A stretch of DNA of 64,000 nucleotides. It comes from Candidatus Saccharimonadales bacterium. Its GTDB lineage: Bacteria > Patescibacteriota > Saccharimonadia > Saccharimonadales > JBGSXW01. Under the pieces are notes generated by a model, which did not search any database, was not told the origin of the DNA, and saw nothing but the letters and a program-made list of their open reading frames with translations. Shown piece after piece: positions 55,815-64,000 of the stretch (the stretch's first letter is position 1; the number at the start of each line of letters is the position of its first letter). Position numbers and translations under genes: made by a program. The stretch spans positions 67,664 through 131,663 of the forward strand of contig JBGSXW010000005.1 in assembly GCA_041751215.1 (NCBI GenBank), written 5' to 3'.

Positions 55815-56780
55815 ATGGCCGTCTATAAAGTACCGCAAAACGTTGAGGCCGAAGACAAGCTGATCGGGCCATTTACCTTTAAGCAGTTCATCTTTTTAAT
55901 TGCGGCGGCAATCTCTGGCTTTTTGACCTGGACGCTAGCTCAGCTTGCTTTGCCGCTAGCCTTAATTACTCTGCCCTTTACCTTAGCGTTTGGATTGCTC
56001 GGAGTTTATCACCGCGACGATCAGCCGGTAGAGGTCTACCTGCTCTCACTAATGAGATTCTATTTTAAGCCCCGCGTCAGGCTCTGGAGTCAGACTGGCA
56101 TGGTTAGCCTAGTTAAAGTCACGGCTCCAAAAGTAATTGAAAAGAACTATACCGATGGCCTTAGCCAAGGGGAAGTTAGGAACCGCCTGAAGTCTTTGGC
56201 TACTGTTATGGATACTCGTGGCTGGTCTTCGCGCAACGCTACACTTCAGGACGGGCAAACTCAAACAGTAGACGCTAGCGATCGCTTGGTCGTACCAAAC
56301 TACGGCACGTCAGAGCCAACCGATGTTCATCAATCCGATGATCCACTTTACGAATACGGCAGCCAGTACGAAAAGTTTAGTACTGGAATTGATCAAGCCA
56401 GCGCTCGAATTAAAGAAGAAGCCGTGGAACGAATGCATCAACAGCTCGCCCAACCAGTAACCCCGCCACCGGCCCCAGCAGCAGCGATGCCTCCAGTTAC
56501 CCCGCCACTTGCCGACCCTCAACCTGCAAGCCCACAGCCAACTGTCAGCTACAACCCTTACCCAAACAGCATGCATCAACGGGTGATTAATCCCGCTGGA
56601 TCTGGTCAATCTGCGCCGACCACTACTGCGTCAAAATCAACTTCAAACACAAGCACAATGACAGAGGCCAGCTCGCCTGATATACTGAGGCTAGCGCGGA
56701 ACAATGACCGCAATGTAGCGTCGATTCAGCGTGAGGCCGACAACGAACTTCACGACGATCAGACGATCTCTCTTCACTAG
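55815..56780 (+). CDS. PrgI/VirB3-like T4SS protein
   Basis: The N-terminus YKVPQNVEAEDKLIGPFTFKQFIFLIAAAISGF followed by two TM helices matches the PrgI-family pattern. The C-terminal half is Pro/Ser/Thr-rich. Confidence 0.6.
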   Translation: MAVYKVPQNVEAEDKLIGPFTFKQFIFLIAAAISGFLTWTLAQLALPLALITLPFTLAFGLLGVYHRDDQPVEVYLLSLMRFYFKPRVRLWSQTGMVSLVKVTAPKVIEKNYTDGLSQGEVRNRLKSLATVMDTRGWSSRNATLQDGQTQTVDASDRLVVPNYGTSEPTDVHQSDDPLYEYGSQYEKFSTGIDQASARIKEEAVERMHQQLAQPVTPPPAPAAAMPPVTPPLADPQPASPQPTVSYNPYPNSMHQRVINPAGSGQSAPTTTASKSTSNTSTMTEASSPDILRLARNNDRNVASIQREADNELHDDQTISLH

Positions 56781-56819
56781 GGGGCGCAGGGTAGTCAATA
56801 AACGCGGTAATTTTTTGTT

Positions 56820-57827
56820 ATGGATCCAAACCAACCAACCAACAACCAGTCGCTAGTTCCACCAATGCCGACGACTATCGATAACGTCGCGCCAACGGGT
56901 CAGCTAACTACACCTCAAGCTCCAGGTGTACCTCAAGCCGACTCGCTTCCTCAGCCAACGACATCTGCGCCGCAACCAGTCATGCAGCAACCTCAGCCAG
57001 CTCCAGCAACTTCTCCTTACGGGGCCCCTCCTCAGGCACCAGTAGGCCAGCCGATAGTTCAGCCAGCGACTGTTAACCAAGAGCAGGCCAAAGAAGTTGC
57101 CCCAGCCGGAAATCCCAACAGCACCCAAAACTCATTAATAATTGCCGAGATTAGAGACGGCATTGTCATCATGAATGACGGCAGCTACCGAGCGGTAGCA
57201 ATGGCTAAGTCAATTAACTTTGACCTTATGAGCCAGCAAGAGCGAGAAGCCATCGAAAGTAGCTATCAAGGCTTCTTAAACTCACTGTATTTTGATATAC
57301 AGATCTTTATTCGCTCAAGACGGGTAGATATTCGGCCTTACATGGAGAGATTAACCCGCCTACGCAACGAACAAGACAACATGCTGCTAGCTTTGTTGAT
57401 GGAGGATTACATTCAATACATCACTGATCTGTCGCAGGAAACTAACATCATGAACAAGCAGTTTTACATCGTTGTGCCGTTTTATCCACCAGGACTCTCA
57501 GAGAATGCTCTGCGCAACAGCAAATCAAAGGCCACTAAAATATTTGGCCGCAAGCAACATGTCGTAACTGTTAACGAGGCCGATTTAGTTAAAGCCAAAG
57601 ACGAGCTTAAAAACCGATTGCAAGCAACTGTTAATGGCCTTGCTCAGATGAACCTGCAAGCGGTTCCGCTTGATACACAGGAGTTGATTGAGCTTTACTA
57701 TGACGCTTACAACCCAGACACCGCTACAACTCAGCATCTCCAAGACCAACAATCTTTGGAAGCTTTGGTGGTAACCAAAGGCACTGGTCAAGCGGCTCAA
57801 CCTTACTTAGATCGAGAGGCGATGTAA
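56820..57827 (+). CDS. VirB4 N-terminal-domain-like protein (split VirB4, part 1)
   Basis: 335 aa. About 95-aa Pro/Gln-rich N-terminus, then IAEIRDGIVIMNDGSYRAVAMAKSINFDLMSQQEREAIESSYQGFLNSLYFDIQIFIRSRRVDIRPYMERL, which resembles the extreme N-terminus of Gram-positive VirB4/ConE-type ATPases. TAATG overlap with the ATPase ORF. Confidence 0.5.
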   Translation: MDPNQPTNNQSLVPPMPTTIDNVAPTGQLTTPQAPGVPQADSLPQPTTSAPQPVMQQPQPAPATSPYGAPPQAPVGQPIVQPATVNQEQAKEVAPAGNPNSTQNSLIIAEIRDGIVIMNDGSYRAVAMAKSINFDLMSQQEREAIESSYQGFLNSLYFDIQIFIRSRRVDIRPYMERLTRLRNEQDNMLLALLMEDYIQYITDLSQETNIMNKQFYIVVPFYPPGLSENALRNSKSKATKIFGRKQHVVTVNEADLVKAKDELKNRLQATVNGLAQMNLQAVPLDTQELIELYYDAYNPDTATTQHLQDQQSLEALVVTKGTGQAAQPYLDREAM

Positions 57828-59785
57828 TGGCTTTTGGAAAACGCAAACCGGACCCGGTTGATATTGCTCAGCAGCAGCGCCAGCGCGAGCAGATCGAAGT
57901 AGAGCAAGAATTCCGCAAGGGCGTAACCGCTCTACGCGATTTTATTGCGCCCAGCTCACTAGAATTTCAGTCTGGTTACTTCAGGGCTGGAACTAAGTAT
58001 GCTCGAACACTATACGTTTACGGCTACCCTCGGCAGCTTTATACCGGCTGGTTGTCGCCAATTATTAACATCGATGAGGTCATCGACATCTCGATGTTTA
58101 TCTATCCAGTTGAGAGCCAGGTTGTGCTAGAAAACTTAAAGAAAAAAGTCGGACAGCTAGAAGCCAGTCTTCAAATTAACGCCGAAAAGGGGCGAGTCCG
58201 CGACCCAGGCCTTGAAGCCGCTATTGGCGACGCCGAAGAGCTAAGAGATAAGCTTCAGATTGGTGAAGAAAGATTCTTTCGCTTTGGCTTTTACGTAACC
58301 ATCTACTCCGACTCGCTTGATGAACTAAACTTTGTTCAACATAAGATTGAGTCCATTCTTGGACAACAGTTGGTCTACTCTAAAGCCGCAACTGCCCAAA
58401 TGGAGCAAGGCTTTAACTCAACCTTGCCACAAATGGTTGACCAGTTAATGGTGCGGCGCAACATGAATACCGGTGCAATTTCGACTAGCTTTCCCTTTAC
58501 CTCTGCTGATCTGACCCAAGAAGAGGGCATTCTCTACGGCATTAACATGCACAACAACGGACTGGTCATCTTTGACCGCTTTAGTCTTGAAAACGCCAAT
58601 ATGGTGGTTTTTGCTAAGTCTGGTGCCGGTAAATCTTTTGCGGTTAAGCTCGAGGCCTTGCGCAGTTTGATGATGGGCGTCGAGGTTGTGGTTATTGACC
58701 CAGAAAACGAGTATCAACGCATGGCCGAGGCTGTTGGCGGTGCGTATGTGCGACTGTCGCTCAACTCGCAAACTCGAATTAATCCATTTGATCTACCTCA
58801 CGTTGTTGACCGCGAGGACGCCGATAACGCCTTGCGCGCTAACCTAATTACGTTGCACGGTTTGTTACGACTAATGATGGGCGGAGCTCAAGCACAGATG
58901 GTAGAAAGCGGCAACGGACCGGCTTTGATATCCCCGCTAACCCCTGTTGAAGAATCCGATCTCGACCAAGCTCTAATCGATACCTACGCCAAAGCCGGTA
59001 TTACAACTGATCCACTAACGCACAACTCTCCGCCACCAACCATTAACGATCTTTATGACACGCTTTTACACATGAGTGGTTCTGGTCCTCAGCTTGCCCA
59101 GCGCTTACGCAAATACACTAAGGGCACCTTTGCTGGCATTTTTAGTCAGCCTTCTAACGTTAATACCGACAACAACCTAGTGGTGTTTAACATCCGTGAC
59201 CTTGAGGACGAACTACGTCCGGTTGCCATGTATATTGTTCTTAATTACATCTGGAACAAAACTAAGGCCGATAAACGCAAGCGCATGCTAATCGTGGACG
59301 AAGCCTGGCAGCTCATGAAATACGAAGATTCAGCGCACTTTATGTTTAGTTTGGCTAAAAGGGCCAGAAAGTATTACCTAGGTCTTACCACTATCTCTCA
59401 GGACGTAGAAGACTTTATGAGTTCAAAGATGGGTCGAGCAGTTGTGGCTAACGCCTCTATGCAGTTGTTACTAAAACAGGCCCCATCGGCGGTTGATGTG
59501 TTGGCGCAAACCTTTAAGCTAACTTCAGAAGAACAAAAGCGATTGATAAACTTCCCCGTTGGCCAAGGTCTGCTATTTGCTGGACCAAACCACATTCATA
59601 TGCAGATCATTGCTTCTCCGACTGAAACCTCTTTGATCACTACCGACCCGGGTCAATTAAACGCCATCGCCCAGGCAGCCAAGTTAGATGAACTACAAAG
59701 AGACCTGATGCCTCAATCACCAATTCCGACACCCCAGCCACAGACTCCCGGACCCGCACCAGGAGCAGGAACAATTCCTAAATAA
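57827..59785 (+). CDS. virB4: VirB4-family T4SS ATPase
   Basis: 652 aa. FIAPSSLEFQSGYFRAGTKYARTLYVYGYPRQLYTGWLSPII, Walker A VVFAKSGAGKS, Walker B RMLIVDEAWQLM, LGLTTISQDVEDF. Confidence 0.88.
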   Translation: MAFGKRKPDPVDIAQQQRQREQIEVEQEFRKGVTALRDFIAPSSLEFQSGYFRAGTKYARTLYVYGYPRQLYTGWLSPIINIDEVIDISMFIYPVESQVVLENLKKKVGQLEASLQINAEKGRVRDPGLEAAIGDAEELRDKLQIGEERFFRFGFYVTIYSDSLDELNFVQHKIESILGQQLVYSKAATAQMEQGFNSTLPQMVDQLMVRRNMNTGAISTSFPFTSADLTQEEGILYGINMHNNGLVIFDRFSLENANMVVFAKSGAGKSFAVKLEALRSLMMGVEVVVIDPENEYQRMAEAVGGAYVRLSLNSQTRINPFDLPHVVDREDADNALRANLITLHGLLRLMMGGAQAQMVESGNGPALISPLTPVEESDLDQALIDTYAKAGITTDPLTHNSPPPTINDLYDTLLHMSGSGPQLAQRLRKYTKGTFAGIFSQPSNVNTDNNLVVFNIRDLEDELRPVAMYIVLNYIWNKTKADKRKRMLIVDEAWQLMKYEDSAHFMFSLAKRARKYYLGLTTISQDVEDFMSSKMGRAVVANASMQLLLKQAPSAVDVLAQTFKLTSEEQKRLINFPVGQGLLFAGPNHIHMQIIASPTETSLITTDPGQLNAIAQAAKLDELQRDLMPQSPIPTPQPQTPGPAPGAGTIPK

Positions 59786-59793
59786 ATGTCGCT

Positions 59794-62772
59794 ATGACCG
59801 AAGAATTAAACAAACTAGAGAACCAAGACTACACACCGGGTGCCGAGTCGGGTACTGACGACGGCTCAAATACCAAGCCAGAACCAAATGACCAAGATGG
59901 CGCCAACAAGCCAAACAGACTTGAACGGATAAAAATCAAAGCCAAGGCTAATCGTCGAAAAATACTAATTTCGGGCGGAGCTGGTATAGGTATCCTCGGT
60001 GGCGGCATGTTTATGGGCTCGATTTTGCAAGGACCGTTTCAGTTTATTCAGATTGGTCAGTTTGCCCAGGGCAATCTTGAGCCTAATGAAGTCATGGTCG
60101 ACTCGCGCTTGAGTCAGGGCTACCGCTTTAACAGAGCCATAAACAATATCGATAACTCCCACCTGTACCGCCTGGGCTGGACCGGCCGAAAGTTGTGGGG
60201 TGAAAACGGCCGCGCCACCCAATATCTGGCTAATCGCGGCATCCGACCAGTTTACGAAAACAGTGTTTTGGTTGATCTGGTTGACCCTAACGGGCAGTCT
60301 ATTCGCCGCGGCGATCAGACCTTTAGGGATATTGAGTCTGGCGACACCGCAGCCTCAAGACGCACCGCAAACCTGCAGCGGCGAAACTTTGTTCGGTCGG
60401 TGGCCTGGCAGAACGGCGGAGTAAGCAAGGCGGCCATTGCCATTGGGTCACGTTCGTTCTTTAAAGTTAGCGGTATTGATTTGCGCCCTTTAGGAAACTT
60501 TAAGTACGATAGAAGTAAGTCGTTTTTTGAGAACCTACAATTAAAAAATGAACAAGAGAATGCTGCGGCCAGGGGAGAGACTAGCCCCTTAGACTTTACC
60601 GGTGCTGAACCAGACCCAGACGCCGACGGCAACGGAGATGTTACGCAAGCCGAGTCCGATGCTGCTGATGCAGCAAAGGCTCAAGCCGATGCCCAGGCGG
60701 ACCAAGTTAAAAACATCGACGTAGACGAGATCAGAAATGCCCCCAATACCAACGCCAACAACTCACCATCGGCAACGCTCAAAGGAAAGCTTAGAGCCGG
60801 CGCTGGGGTTGGCCTAGCCGTAAGTGTAGCTTGTTTAGCCCGCGAACTTTCTAGCGCCAGTGACGAAGCCCAGCATGCCCAAGCTTATATGGTACTGATG
60901 CGAATAGCCGGCAGGTTCATGGCCATCGGTTCGCAGATCCAGGCAGGCGAGGCTGGACCGGATATGCTGGATGAACTTGGTCTGCTCGCAACCCACTTAT
61001 ATGACAAGGAAAGCGGCCTAGACTGGTCGGCAGCTAAGAGTGTAGGGGCAGTTGAAGGTAAGTCAGAAGCAGAGCTCGAAAACCGGCCAGATATGTTTGC
61101 CAGTGGACAAGTAGGAACCAAGGCGGCACAAAATGATCTTAAAAAGTCTTTGGACTCCATCGGCAGTTTTACTCCAGGACCAATCTGCAGCGCCTTTAAC
61201 AGCACGGCAGCTCAAGTGGCCTTTGCGTTGGTAGATCCGGTCGGTGAGGCGGCAGAAGCAGCAATAATGCACGTGCTAACCGAACTCTTTTTAGACGATG
61301 TCCTGAGAATGATATCTGGTGAGCCAGTTGATTTTAGCTCGTTGTTTGGCCCAGATACCGGAAACGCGATAACTCACGGTGGGTTCTTTTTAGGACGAGA
61401 GACTAGACGTCAACTAGCAGGCACTGAGATAACGCCAGCTCAAAGTACGCAGTGGCGACGATTCATAGCTGAACAGAATGAACTCGATGCTAAGGAAAAA
61501 GGTTTTGGTTACCGTTACTTTGCGATTGATAATCCCAAATCTTTGGTTAGCAGCTTTGCCCGGTCATTCCCGACCTCCCTCAAGCAAGTAGCCAGCTCAC
61601 TCGGCGATGTCACCAACAACTTTAAGTCGGTCTTTGGCTGGGCTAGTGCTCCGTTTGCACGCGTTAACGCCATAGACACCGATAACTACGACTTTGGTGT
61701 TCCCGACATCGGGATCCCCCTTGATACTTTGTTTGATGAAACCTATGAGAACCCGTACCAGAACACCGACCTTCTTCACCAGCAAATTCAGCAAAATCCA
61801 AACTTCGACGACATCAACGACCTGCACGAGGAGTTTGCAAAAGAGTGCTTTAACATGGATATCACCGAAGGTTCTGGCGAGAACCCCTCGCTAACAATTG
61901 TGCCAATGACCGGACTAGATGACGGCGGAACACCGTACTACGAAATGACCAATAAATGTAATCGAAACGATGTTTTCTTTAATCGTTACCGCTTTTACGT
62001 GCTCGATCTGATGGCCAATGAATCTATGAACTGCTACTTAGGTGACGCCAACTCTTGTGAGGTACTAGGGATAAACTCAGCGCCATCGAACTCTGGTGGA
62101 GATTCTACCAACACCCCTTCGTACTTGAGCTGTCCGGATCTCAGCACTACCTTAAGTGTGCAGGGTTTTAAATATTATCTTTTACCCGACCTGCCAGACG
62201 GCATTAACGTAAGAGGTGGGTCGAACCCTGATGACTACAGCTACGGAGTCCGCGAAATCGTCTGTGCAGTTAACACAGTGGCTGAAAAGTTTAGAGATAA
62301 GTACGGCGCTGGCGCCTACACTCAAACTATGGACCTTAACGGGTCTGGGCACTGGTACCACGCCAACGGAACTGATGTTGATACCTACGCTTTCTTGGCC
62401 AACGGCCAGTCGGCGGCTACCAATGTTAGCGCGCAAAGCCAAGAGGCCACAATCGAACTAGGAAAGATGTGGATTGATACCGGCTTAGTCGATACGATAA
62501 TCTGGTGCGATCCGGGCTCAACGCCTCAGCCCACTGGCGATATGTCCAACCAAACCATTGGTAATGGACCTGCCATGGACGCGTTACGCGAGTATGGGCG
62601 CGGCAAGGGTAAGAACACCACTGGTGATGTTTTGGTATTTTGTTGGTCCAGCCACTATGACCACTTCCACATTAGAATTGACCGCAGCTTAAAGGGGCCG
62701 TGCCACATGCCTCTGCCGCCAAGAGTGGGAACCTCGGCTAAAAACTGTGATAACTATGTGGAGAGTAGTTAG
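59794..62772 (+). CDS. membrane-anchored T4SS-associated protein with C-terminal LAS/M15-like zinc-peptidase motif
   Basis: 992 aa. N-terminal TM ILISGGAGIGILGGGMFMGSIL. C-terminal WYHANGTDVD (HxxGxDxD, compare SxHxxGxAxD) and SSHYDHFHI (DxxH) about 100 residues apart. Confidence 0.55.
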   Translation: MTEELNKLENQDYTPGAESGTDDGSNTKPEPNDQDGANKPNRLERIKIKAKANRRKILISGGAGIGILGGGMFMGSILQGPFQFIQIGQFAQGNLEPNEVMVDSRLSQGYRFNRAINNIDNSHLYRLGWTGRKLWGENGRATQYLANRGIRPVYENSVLVDLVDPNGQSIRRGDQTFRDIESGDTAASRRTANLQRRNFVRSVAWQNGGVSKAAIAIGSRSFFKVSGIDLRPLGNFKYDRSKSFFENLQLKNEQENAAARGETSPLDFTGAEPDPDADGNGDVTQAESDAADAAKAQADAQADQVKNIDVDEIRNAPNTNANNSPSATLKGKLRAGAGVGLAVSVACLARELSSASDEAQHAQAYMVLMRIAGRFMAIGSQIQAGEAGPDMLDELGLLATHLYDKESGLDWSAAKSVGAVEGKSEAELENRPDMFASGQVGTKAAQNDLKKSLDSIGSFTPGPICSAFNSTAAQVAFALVDPVGEAAEAAIMHVLTELFLDDVLRMISGEPVDFSSLFGPDTGNAITHGGFFLGRETRRQLAGTEITPAQSTQWRRFIAEQNELDAKEKGFGYRYFAIDNPKSLVSSFARSFPTSLKQVASSLGDVTNNFKSVFGWASAPFARVNAIDTDNYDFGVPDIGIPLDTLFDETYENPYQNTDLLHQQIQQNPNFDDINDLHEEFAKECFNMDITEGSGENPSLTIVPMTGLDDGGTPYYEMTNKCNRNDVFFNRYRFYVLDLMANESMNCYLGDANSCEVLGINSAPSNSGGDSTNTPSYLSCPDLSTTLSVQGFKYYLLPDLPDGINVRGGSNPDDYSYGVREIVCAVNTVAEKFRDKYGAGAYTQTMDLNGSGHWYHANGTDVDTYAFLANGQSAATNVSAQSQEATIELGKMWIDTGLVDTIIWCDPGSTPQPTGDMSNQTIGNGPAMDALREYGRGKGKNTTGDVLVFCWSSHYDHFHIRIDRSLKGPCHMPLPPRVGTSAKNCDNYVESS

Positions 62773-62774
62773 CT

Positions 62775-64000
62775 ATGCGCAAGCTCGTTGTTGCTCTTCT
62801 AGCCCTAATGATCTTCTCGATTGCCGGGCAGAGCTTAGTTTTGGCTCAAGAAACAGAAGAAACCCCCGCCGCTGACCCTGAGGAGAGCGGCCTATCTCCA
62901 GAACAAAGACAGCTACTTAACTATGGGGTCTATTATTACGACCCGAATGACATTTGCTCGACTTCAAGCCAAGGAACAGAAGGAACCATCGCACCCGGCG
63001 CAACCCCCGGACCGGTGGTGCTAATTGGAGATTCACTCAGCGACCCTAACTGGCCCGGCACAGCCAACGCAAAACTTCAACAACAGTTCTCAGCTGGCGG
63101 TTGGTCGCTAACTATTGATTCAGTTGCTGGACGACGCGCCTCACAAGCTGTTCCAAGAATTAACGCAAACTCGGCTCAAATCGCAGCTGCTAACGCCGTG
63201 GTCGTACAGCTAGGTTCAAACCCGGACACCGGTAATTTTGGTAATCAAATAAACCCAATCATTAATGCCATCAAAAGCATCAATGAAGAGGCCCGGATTT
63301 TTTGGGTTGATGTCGGCTCCAACACCAATGGCACCGGCAAGGACGGAACTTCACTTGCGGGCATCCTAGACGTAGATGCGCAAACTCCAGCAGCTTATAG
63401 CGCTATTAACGAAAAGATTCATACACTTTCAACCACCAATAACTACACAGTTATCCCGTGGTTTAAAACTGTCTTCCCAGACGGGGACCCCAAGGCAATC
63501 AACGCTAGTTGGGTTGATTCAAATAACTATCTCGACAATGACAAGCTCCACTTAAGTCCCGAGGGCAGCACCAGGTTTGCAACTTTAATTGGTGACTACG
63601 TTAAAGGGGGAGGTGGACAATCGGTTCCAACATCAAACGCCAGCGTAGACCCACAAGCCCTGCAGATATTCCAGGATGAACTTCTGCCACTGATCACGCC
63701 GTTGGTGCCACTTTACCAACAAGCTGCCCAGGAAGAGGGTCTCTTAGACTGGCAGTTGTTGCCGGCCCTACATAACTTAGAGTTTGGACTTAGGCGCGAT
63801 AACCCAACCACCAACCTCGGCTTTAAGTCTCCATTTCAGATGTCTCAAACTGGACTTAGTGCGGGAGGTGTCGATACTAGTGCCGAAATATTTGCTCCAG
63901 GTAGGGTGCTGAGCGATGAAGAATTCGTTACCGTAGCTCGTTACGCAATTCGTTTTTACCTAAAACCGAACGGGGATCATCTTGGCATAGACCTTTCTGG
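62775..64000 (+). CDS. secreted SGNH/GDSL hydrolase fused to a lysozyme/lytic-transglycosylase-like segment (3' end outside window)
   Basis: Not in ORF track because it runs off the edge. The ATG lies 2 nt after the previous stop. Signal peptide MRKLVVALLALMIFSIAGQSLVLAQ. SGNH block I VLIGDSLS, block III LGSNPD, block V DKLHLSPEG. Later LEFGLRRDNP...SPFQMSQ. The frame stays open to position 64000. Confidence 0.7.
   Translation, partial: MRKLVVALLALMIFSIAGQSLVLAQETEETPAADPEESGLSPEQRQLLNYGVYYYDPNDICSTSSQGTEGTIAPGATPGPVVLIGDSLSDPNWPGTANAKLQQQFSAGGWSLTIDSVAGRRASQAVPRINANSAQIAAANAVVVQLGSNPDTGNFGNQINPIINAIKSINEEARIFWVDVGSNTNGTGKDGTSLAGILDVDAQTPAAYSAINEKIHTLSTTNNYTVIPWFKTVFPDGDPKAINASWVDSNNYLDNDKLHLSPEGSTRFATLIGDYVKGGGGQSVPTSNASVDPQALQIFQDELLPLITPLVPLYQQAAQEEGLLDWQLLPALHNLEFGLRRDNPTTNLGFKSPFQMSQTGLSAGGVDTSAEIFAPGRVLSDEEFVTVARYAIRFYLKPNGDHLGIDLS

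Overview
This is a compact, almost fully coding 64-kb chromosomal segment with roughly 45-50% G+C, judged by hand counts of individual lines. I found no rRNA, CRISPR array, transposase or integrase. Gene content suggests an ultrasmall Gram-positive-type bacterium, probably Patescibacteria/CPR and Saccharibacteria-like. That placement is an inference, not a database hit.

Housekeeping genes:
- Replication, transcription and translation: purD (partial), polA, rpoD-dnaG, argS, valS, tsaD, a csaA-like gene, orn.
- Stress and cell envelope: groES-groEL with a CIRCE operator and a strong promoter, hsp20, msrB, mscL, murE, PGI/PMI.
- Transport and others: a VIT-family transporter, a Ca/Na antiporter, two ABC systems, a sortase, comFC, a HIT protein.
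- Five tRNAs: all four Ser isoacceptors plus Arg(GCG).

The main accessory feature is a type IV secretion-like locus running from 49.7 kb to beyond 64 kb:
- Seven tandem pilin-like paralogs lie on the minus strand.
- They are divergent from a plus-strand operon encoding a giant VirB6-like protein, a PrgI/VirB3-like protein, a VirB4 ATPase apparently split into two ORFs, a 992-aa protein with a C-terminal LAS/M15-like zinc-peptidase motif, and a secreted SGNH plus lysozyme-like protein.
- No relaxase, coupling protein or integrase is visible in the window.

Other non-standard signals:
- Two nearly identical 148-bp structured elements sit at the 3' ends of two tRNA-Ser genes. Each is bounded by a 19-bp T-loop-to-CCA repeat.
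- A modular 200-460-bp intergenic repeat family occurs in three copies, downstream of rpoD, groEL and hsp20.
- Four short high-GC islets (about 62-63% G+C against about 40-47% in the flanks) each form a self-contained unit encoding small unknown proteins, mostly membrane proteins.
- A rod-like structured RNA lies between a near-consensus promoter and hsp20.
- A 167-bp element is bounded by 25-bp inverted repeats.
- The DnaG zinc ribbon has lost three of its four metal ligands.
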